Virus record (IMG/VR): IMGVR_UViG_3300040751_003707
From: an uncultured virus (IMG/VR IMGVR_UViG_3300040751_003707)
Lineage: Duplodnaviria; Heunggongvirae; Uroviricota; Caudoviricetes
DNA length: 64,000 nucleotides
Strand: one strand, 5' to 3'
A program made the translations under genes and the position numbers. The notes under the pieces were generated by a model. The model worked only from the letters and a program-made list of their open reading frames with translations, was not told where the DNA came from and ran no database searches. Below, piece after piece: positions 58,370-64,000 of the stretch. Each line of letters opens with the position of its first letter. The first letter of the stretch is position 1.

Positions 58370-58930
58370 ATGTCTGTTAAAATCAAAGAAGGCGCTTACT
58401 ACATCACTAACGAAGGTCTTGTCGCTGGCCCTGCAGAAAAAGAAGATTATTCATCAACTTTTTGTTGGAACGTACCAAATATCCGCGATAATCACCCCTG
58501 TTACCATGCATATAAAAACGATGGTAGCTCTATTCTTGCGGATGAAAAATATAACCTCAGTAAAGAAATTGAGGTTGATGAAGATAAAAACTCAATTATT
58601 CAGTTTAAAGATTTAAAAAAAGAAGAGAAAAAAGACATTCTCTTTGCGCATTATGTAGACAATAAAAAAATTGAGTATTACTATGATGGCTTTTGGCGTG
58701 ATACCGAAGTACCCGGTTTTTATGGTGAGTCTGTATACCGCGTAAAAGAGGAACAATCTGAGGTAAAGACCTTCAGCCTTTGCTTAAAGCCAGAAAAAGA
58801 GCTGTCTCTTCATATGCGTAAAGATATGGGTATTTACCCTACTAACGAAGACCTCCTTTATGCAACACTAGAAGTAAAATTTACAGACGGTGTTCCTGAT
58901 TGGAAAACTGCTTCTATTAAGGGGGCGTAA
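58370..58930 (+). CDS. Hypothetical protein
   Basis: AAAGGA RBS; IKEGAYY...AGP motif. Confidence 0.6.
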   Translation: MSVKIKEGAYYITNEGLVAGPAEKEDYSSTFCWNVPNIRDNHPCYHAYKNDGSSILADEKYNLSKEIEVDEDKNSIIQFKDLKKEEKKDILFAHYVDNKKIEYYYDGFWRDTEVPGFYGESVYRVKEEQSEVKTFSLCLKPEKELSLHMRKDMGIYPTNEDLLYATLEVKFTDGVPDWKTASIKGA

Positions 58931-58953
58931 ACAGATCAATAAAGGTATATAAA

Positions 58954-59226
58954 ATGATTACTCAGCAAGAAATCGTTGAAAGTGAATTTGTAGAAGATCT
59001 AATGATAGAAAGGTTAAAGTGTATCTTTGAGTATAATAAAAACTTATACTTTAATAAGTATCTTTTTGATGGTTTAGTCGATAATGACTTAATTAGCGCA
59101 ATCCAGTTGTCAAAATCAGTTCTCGATGTATTAGATTATGTAGCTTACCCACACGATCCTTTCTTAAAAGAAAACAGAATTTTTCTAAATAATATTGAAG
59201 ACTCTATTAAAGGGGAATTATTTTAA
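58954..59226 (+). CDS. Hypothetical protein
   Basis: AAGG RBS. Confidence 0.55.
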   Translation: MITQQEIVESEFVEDLMIERLKCIFEYNKNLYFNKYLFDGLVDNDLISAIQLSKSVLDVLDYVAYPHDPFLKENRIFLNNIEDSIKGELF

Positions 59227-59227
59227 T

Positions 59228-59437
59228 ATGTTAAACTCGTATGAACAAAGCTTAGTTGATAATCTCTATGATTCTGAAAAGTATATTGAGGAGTTGGAGG
59301 CTAGACTAGAAAAGGCAAGAGATGTTATAGACTGGGCATTAACTTGTTGGGATGACCACAACGAGCACGGATACAACATGCAAGGCGATTGGGTTCAAGA
59401 TGCTCGCGCCATTATGAAAGAAAAAAGCTATGAATGA
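59228..59437 (+). CDS. Hypothetical protein
   Basis: Coiled-coil IEELEARLEKA. Confidence 0.55.
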   Translation: MLNSYEQSLVDNLYDSEKYIEELEARLEKARDVIDWALTCWDDHNEHGYNMQGDWVQDARAIMKEKSYE

Positions 59438-59963
59438 TTCTACCTACGAAACCGAAAGCCGCCCCATTCCAAAGAACCGTTATCGCAACGTGCGGCTTGT
59501 CGGGCATGATGTGAATGCGGACATCAGCAAGGAAGCGGTGGAGCAGCTTGCATATGAACTGGCTATGGGGTGCCTAGAGCATCAACCGAGATGGTATGGT
59601 GACACTCTTGGCGGTTCCATACGAGAAGACGAAACCAATCAGATGATGGAACAAGGGGCAAAGTACCTACGCGCCCTTTTAGCCGAGCGTGACGCCCTCA
59701 AGGCCGAGGTGATGAATTTGCGGGAGAAAAACGATCGGTTGTTCGAGAAGGCGGACCTTTTGTGTATGATTCAAGACGAAAGTTTTGACGTGAGATGTAT
59801 ATCGCTTCCAACACCCGGAGGCGATGACACAGGTATAGGCTGGCAAATCATCAGTCACTATATGGGAAAACCTCAAGAGCACGTTATAGGGGAAAACTTT
59901 GACGACAATCTCTTAGCTGCCTTGAGAGAAGCTCGCGACACCCTAAAAGGAGAACATCCATGA
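59430..59963 (+). CDS. Hypothetical protein (higher-GC segment)
   Basis: 177-aa ORF containing LRALLAERDALKAEV. Confidence 0.6.
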   Translation: MNDSTYETESRPIPKNRYRNVRLVGHDVNADISKEAVEQLAYELAMGCLEHQPRWYGDTLGGSIREDETNQMMEQGAKYLRALLAERDALKAEVMNLREKNDRLFEKADLLCMIQDESFDVRCISLPTPGGDDTGIGWQIISHYMGKPQEHVIGENFDDNLLAALREARDTLKGEHP

Positions 59964-60238
59964 CTGATGCACCAGAACAGATTTTGGCTTGGGAGTATAA
60001 CGGTTATCGAAATGTGTGGGGGCTGGCAGAGCCTAATGACTGCACACTTGTGGACATTATGGGTAAATACATCCGCGAAGACCTATCCACCTACGACGCA
60101 GGTTTTGCCGCAGGGATCAAGCTGGCGGTGGATAGGCTCAGAAAGCTTTCCGGGAAACTAGACATATTGGCTTGCGAGGACGTTTTGCAAATAGCTGACG
60201 AGCTTTCCGCCCTCGCAAAACATAAAGAAACACAATAA
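59960..60238 (+). CDS. Hypothetical protein (higher-GC segment)
   Basis: AAGGAG RBS; MTDAPEQI.AW...YIREDL. Confidence 0.6.
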   Translation: MTDAPEQILAWEYNGYRNVWGLAEPNDCTLVDIMGKYIREDLSTYDAGFAAGIKLAVDRLRKLSGKLDILACEDVLQIADELSALAKHKETQ

Positions 60239-60272
60239 CCACTTAAAATCAAAACACAAAAGGAACTGAATA

Positions 60273-60605
60273 ATGTATAAGCCTGAAATGACTGGTTACG
60301 CAATCTTTGATCCGACTACTGGTAAGTGGTCACAAGGAGGTATTTCAAAAACCCCTTTTAAAAACACCCCTAAAGTCTGGCATCAATTTGGACATTTGAA
60401 AAACCACCTGAATATGTTTGTAAATGTGCGTTACACACCAAAAAGGATTGACGTAAGCTCTTATTACAGAGGCTGTTATGTCGTTGACATGGAGTCTATG
60501 AAACCTTTTGCTGAGTTTGATATTTACGATTATCTTTACCTCCAAGTATCAAAATTTAAAAATAGATTCGATGTCTATCAATCCTTCCCTGTATATGAAG
60601 TATAA
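60273..60605 (+). CDS. Hypothetical protein
   Basis: AAAGGA RBS. Confidence 0.6.
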   Translation: MYKPEMTGYAIFDPTTGKWSQGGISKTPFKNTPKVWHQFGHLKNHLNMFVNVRYTPKRIDVSSYYRGCYVVDMESMKPFAEFDIYDYLYLQVSKFKNRFDVYQSFPVYEV

Positions 60606-60622
60606 AAATAGGAATATCTGAT

Positions 60623-61054
60623 ATGAACGTAAAAAACATGAACAAAGTAATTGCATGGTTAGAAGCCGGTGCGCCACATGCATATTTTGATATGGATTAC
60701 GGTGTTCAACAACCAAATGACTTTGAATTTTTCGGTAATTACACAGCTTATAAAAACGTAGAAGAAAAAGAGAACTGTGGTACTGTATGTTGCATTGCCG
60801 GGGCGGCTGCTCTTATGGATTACGCAGAAGAAATAGACTACAAAGGGGTATTTCCAAAGATTTCACCAGAAATGCGTTGGCAAGAGGTAGAAAAAAGAGC
60901 ACTTAAATATCTTGGTTTACCAAAGGATTGTGCTGACTTTGGGAATGAACTGTTTTCACCTGAATATGCCCCTGAAAACTGTACACCACAAGAAGCAGCA
61001 GAGGCTATGAAAAGGGTTATGAAGGGCGAGTATCCGTGGCCTGAAGCTTCTTAA
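60623..61054 (+). CDS. Hypothetical protein
   Basis: FDM...CGTVCCIAG.A motif. Confidence 0.6.
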   Translation: MNVKNMNKVIAWLEAGAPHAYFDMDYGVQQPNDFEFFGNYTAYKNVEEKENCGTVCCIAGAAALMDYAEEIDYKGVFPKISPEMRWQEVEKRALKYLGLPKDCADFGNELFSPEYAPENCTPQEAAEAMKRVMKGEYPWPEAS

Positions 61055-61079
61055 CGTGTTAATCAACAAGGAAAATAAA

Positions 61080-61439
61080 ATGAACATCTACGAAAAAGCA
61101 GCTAATCATCTTTATAACATGACTGCACCTGCAATACTATATAGAGGCGAACCTTGTTTTTATAGAGTAGATCCGGAAGATAAAGACTGCAATAGATGTG
61201 CAGTTGGGGCTATCATCAGCGATGAGCACTATCATGAAGGTTTAGAATACCACTTAGTAAATTATGGGACTATATTAGAAGCAGTTTCTCTTTCTAACAA
61301 TATTGATGTAGCTGATATTGATGTTGACCTCTTATCAAAAATTCAAAACTTACATGACGGATGGGCATTTAACACCTTAACAAAAGAAGATGTTAACAAA
61401 AAGCTTATCGAACTAGAACTTATCACAGAGGAAGTATAA
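61080..61439 (+). CDS. Hypothetical protein
   Basis: C.YR...CAVG.II...IQNLHD motif. Confidence 0.6.
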   Translation: MNIYEKAANHLYNMTAPAILYRGEPCFYRVDPEDKDCNRCAVGAIISDEHYHEGLEYHLVNYGTILEAVSLSNNIDVADIDVDLLSKIQNLHDGWAFNTLTKEDVNKKLIELELITEEV

Positions 61440-62366
61440 ATGTCTGAATTTAAAAAATACATGCACCTTGAACGGCTAAAGACAACACCTGTTATCGGTA
61501 TTACAGAAGGCACTGTTTATGTGTTTCCGAAGCTAGATGGGACAAACGCACAGGTCTTCTATGACAGTGATCACCCCACTCTTATCGGTTGCGGGTCTCG
61601 TAACCGTAAACTAGAAGAGGGGAACGATAACGCCGGATTTATGAATTGGGCTATCAAGCAAGACAATTTGAAAGCCTTCGTAAAGGATCATCCAAACCTT
61701 ATCCTATACGGTGAATGGCTTGTCCCTCATTCCCTGAAGACTTACAGAGATGATGCATGGAGAAAGCTCTATATCTTCGATGTCTACGACACAAAACAGG
61801 AGAAGCTTCTGCACTTTGAAGAATATAAACACACTCTTAAAGAGTACGAAACAGAAGAAACAATCCTCCTTCATCCTTTTGCAATCGTAAAGACCAATGA
61901 TGTAGATCATTTTTATAGTCTTCTGGAACACAATACATATGCTATCAAAGAAGGTGAAGGACATGGAGAAGGTATTGTGCTTAAAAACTACGAATACAAA
62001 AACAGGTTTGGTAATCAAATCTGGGCGAAGCTTGTGTCATCTTCTTTTAAAGAAGACTTCGTAAAAGCAATGGGGCCAATTATGATTACAGACAAGAAGG
62101 AGGCTGTAGAGTATAAGATTGTAAATAAGTATGTCACTCAAGAACTTGTTGATAAAGCTTATGCAAAGATCAACCTCATTGAAGATGAAGGGTTTACCTC
62201 TCGCTCCATCCCTCGCTTACTCACCACAGTCTACTATGATTTAATCCTTGAGGAGACATGGGAGTTCCTGAAAGAACATAAACAACCAACAATTGATTTT
62301 AAACTTCTTCAGAACCTTACAATCGCCCGAATCAAGAAACTACGTCCAGATATTTTCGGTCAATAA
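61440..62366 (+). CDS. RNA ligase (Rnl2-like nucleotidyltransferase)
   Basis: Motif I KLDGTN, YGEW, IFDV, EGIVLK and WAK. Confidence 0.85.
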   Translation: MSEFKKYMHLERLKTTPVIGITEGTVYVFPKLDGTNAQVFYDSDHPTLIGCGSRNRKLEEGNDNAGFMNWAIKQDNLKAFVKDHPNLILYGEWLVPHSLKTYRDDAWRKLYIFDVYDTKQEKLLHFEEYKHTLKEYETEETILLHPFAIVKTNDVDHFYSLLEHNTYAIKEGEGHGEGIVLKNYEYKNRFGNQIWAKLVSSSFKEDFVKAMGPIMITDKKEAVEYKIVNKYVTQELVDKAYAKINLIEDEGFTSRSIPRLLTTVYYDLILEETWEFLKEHKQPTIDFKLLQNLTIARIKKLRPDIFGQ

Positions 62367-62378
62367 TCTAATAAGGGA

Positions 62379-62615
62379 ATGACTATGAAATTCGAGTATG
62401 AAGAACAAAAAGACTCAACACCACTTCCTGTTGCATTTATTGATACAGACGGTGACCTGATCTTTAACTGCGCTAACGACGCTAATAATAGTTTAGTTTT
62501 TATTAACAAAAACGGGTATGGAGATTCCTCAAATAATATTGACTTCGAAGAGCATCTCAAAGAACGCAGTGTAAAGAGCTTTTACAAAGGCGATAAACTA
62601 ACTATTACGTTTTAA
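62379..62615 (+). CDS. Hypothetical protein, tandem paralog 1
   Basis: IDTDGDLIFNC...FYKGDKLTITF. Confidence 0.65.
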   Translation: MTMKFEYEEQKDSTPLPVAFIDTDGDLIFNCANDANNSLVFINKNGYGDSSNNIDFEEHLKERSVKSFYKGDKLTITF

Positions 62616-62625
62616 AGGGAAAGAT

Positions 62626-62880
62626 ATGCTTAGCTTTGAATACACTAAACAAAATAAAGATAAAAAAGTTATTGCTGTAATTGACTGTGATGGTGATCTC
62701 ATCTTCAACTGTAAAGACAGAGATAATGCCTGTATTGTCTTAGATCGTAACACTATGGAGTGCTATGAGGAGCCATACCTCAACATTGATAAAATGATTA
62801 TGCAGGGAGTTGAGAAGGTCTTCTATGAAGGCGAATCTGTAACACTACACTTCGGGAATAAGGATAAAATTAATGCCTAA
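62626..62880 (+). CDS. Hypothetical protein, tandem paralog 2
   Basis: IDCDGDLIFNC...FYEGESVTLHF. Confidence 0.65.
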   Translation: MLSFEYTKQNKDKKVIAVIDCDGDLIFNCKDRDNACIVLDRNTMECYEEPYLNIDKMIMQGVEKVFYEGESVTLHFGNKDKINA

Positions 62881-63130
62881 TTTTGATAAGCTGATGGAAG
62901 AGAAGCAGGAACCAACTAAAGAGCCGATTGCAATCCTTGGTTACATGTCAGGCTATAAAAACAGGTTTTTCCTTGCAATTAAAACAGATAATCCAGAAAA
63001 ATATATCTGGCTTTATAGTGGTTACTCAAACAGTAATATCACTGTTCAGAGTTGTTCATTCAGGGACATTTCTGAAGAAAATATCATCCGTAAGTTCTAC
63101 GAAGGTGATGAAATAACCTTCACACTCTGA
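62873..63130 (+). CDS. Hypothetical protein, tandem paralog 3
   Basis: PIAIL...KFYEGDEITFTL. Confidence 0.6.
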   Translation: MPNFDKLMEEKQEPTKEPIAILGYMSGYKNRFFLAIKTDNPEKYIWLYSGYSNSNITVQSCSFRDISEENIIRKFYEGDEITFTL

Positions 63131-63146
63131 TAACATACAAATACAC

Positions 63147-63257
63147 ACCCACATACACTCAGTCTATACATGTTTACTTTATATCTCCTTTAAAAAGGGG
63201 GTGTGAGGTAGATGTGTATAGATTGGGTGTATGTGGGTCTTATTTTTTTTTTTTTTT
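63147..63257 (+). other. 44-bp RNA hairpin (10 G.U pairs, no other mismatches) followed by T15
   Basis: 63147-63190 pairs with 63195-63238; loop TAAA; T15 at 63243-63257. Confidence 0.85.
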
Positions 63258-63286
63258 ACATATACAGATAAGGATACACAAATACA

Positions 63287-63883
63287 ATGAAAGAATGTTT
63301 TGATAAATCACTCAGTGAAGTTCTTAAGTATGAAGGTGGGTTCTCAAACCATCCAAGTGATACCGGTGGAGCCACTAACAAAGGAATTACTATCGGCACC
63401 TATCGACGTTATAAAGGGAGTGCATCAGTAACAGTAGATCAGCTTAAGAACATCACAGAAGACGAAGTAAGGGATATCTATAAGAAACTCTATTGGGATA
63501 AAGTCCGTGGGGATGAACTACCACCGGGACTTGACTTCTTGACCTTTAACATGGCAGTTAATGGAGGTCCATCCAGAGGTGTTAAACTACTACAATCCTC
63601 TCTTGGTGGGCTTGATGTTGATGGCATTATCGGACCAAACACTATGAGAAAAGCTTGGCTCACTTACCTTGAACCAAGGGATAACAGCATTGTAACTGTA
63701 TTCGATGAGTTTGAATCAGACACTAATGACTTCTACACAGGAATTGTAGAAAGAAATAGAAGTCAATCAGCCTTTATCCGGGGGTGGATTAACAGATCTC
63801 ATGCTGCTTGTACCTTTGCTAAGGATCTTCTCTTATGGTTTGATGAAGAATATGATGTAAGTGGGTATGAAAAATACCTATGA
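63287..63883 (+). CDS. Glycoside hydrolase family 108 endolysin
   Basis: EGGFSNHPSDTGGATNKGIT, YKKLYW, VDGIIGPNT and F..GW.NR motifs. Confidence 0.92.
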   Translation: MKECFDKSLSEVLKYEGGFSNHPSDTGGATNKGITIGTYRRYKGSASVTVDQLKNITEDEVRDIYKKLYWDKVRGDELPPGLDFLTFNMAVNGGPSRGVKLLQSSLGGLDVDGIIGPNTMRKAWLTYLEPRDNSIVTVFDEFESDTNDFYTGIVERNRSQSAFIRGWINRSHAACTFAKDLLLWFDEEYDVSGYEKYL

Positions 63884-63895
63884 AAATAAGGGGGT

Positions 63896-63916
63896 AAAAA
63901 TACTTCCGACTAATGA
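63896..63916 (+). promoter_or_regulatory. Class B promoter copy 6
   Basis: Exact AAAAATACTTCCGACTAATGA. Confidence 0.8.
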
Positions 63917-64000
63917 TAAAACGGTATACATGTATATATCAATCCTCTGATGTAGTTATTATGCACTATGTAGGTTATTATATTTGTAGTTATATATTGT

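Noticed and set aside
1..64000. Lysogeny module, DGR reverse transcriptase or alternative genetic code
   Set aside because: No integrase, repressor or RT motifs seen; long genes are intact in the standard code and the one break is explained by the intron.

Overview
About 64 kb of an AT-rich, probably lytic, siphovirus-type dsDNA phage genome; every credible gene is on the + strand. The host is probably an alphaproteobacterium (inferred from DUF1127, a GTA-type holin, a TIGR02594 hydrolase and a class II RNR). Gene order: terminase 3' end; tail fibre/tail tip genes with PhoH, holin and hydrolase; portal, head and tail genes and tape measure; a putative early region (34.6-39.3 kb); a T7-like RNA polymerase; T7-like replication genes (SSB, PolA, exonuclease, primase-helicase), NrdJ, tRNAs, RNA ligase and a GH108 endolysin. 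The most striking system is a second single-subunit RNA polymerase fused behind a MuF/SPP1-gp7 minor head domain, directly after the portal gene (a probable capsid-packaged RNAP). Its gene is split in motif B by a group I intron carrying an HNH endonuclease, and the protein has a Tiki/TraB-like insertion before motif A. Two different repeated promoter-like motifs divide the genome in a way that fits a two-polymerase cascade. Also present: a covarying 3-copy pseudoknot, a 44-bp hairpin whose only non-Watson-Crick pairs are G.U, a D-arm-less tRNA-like RNA and a -1 frameshift in the tail chaperone. All family calls come from reading motifs by eye, not from database searches.
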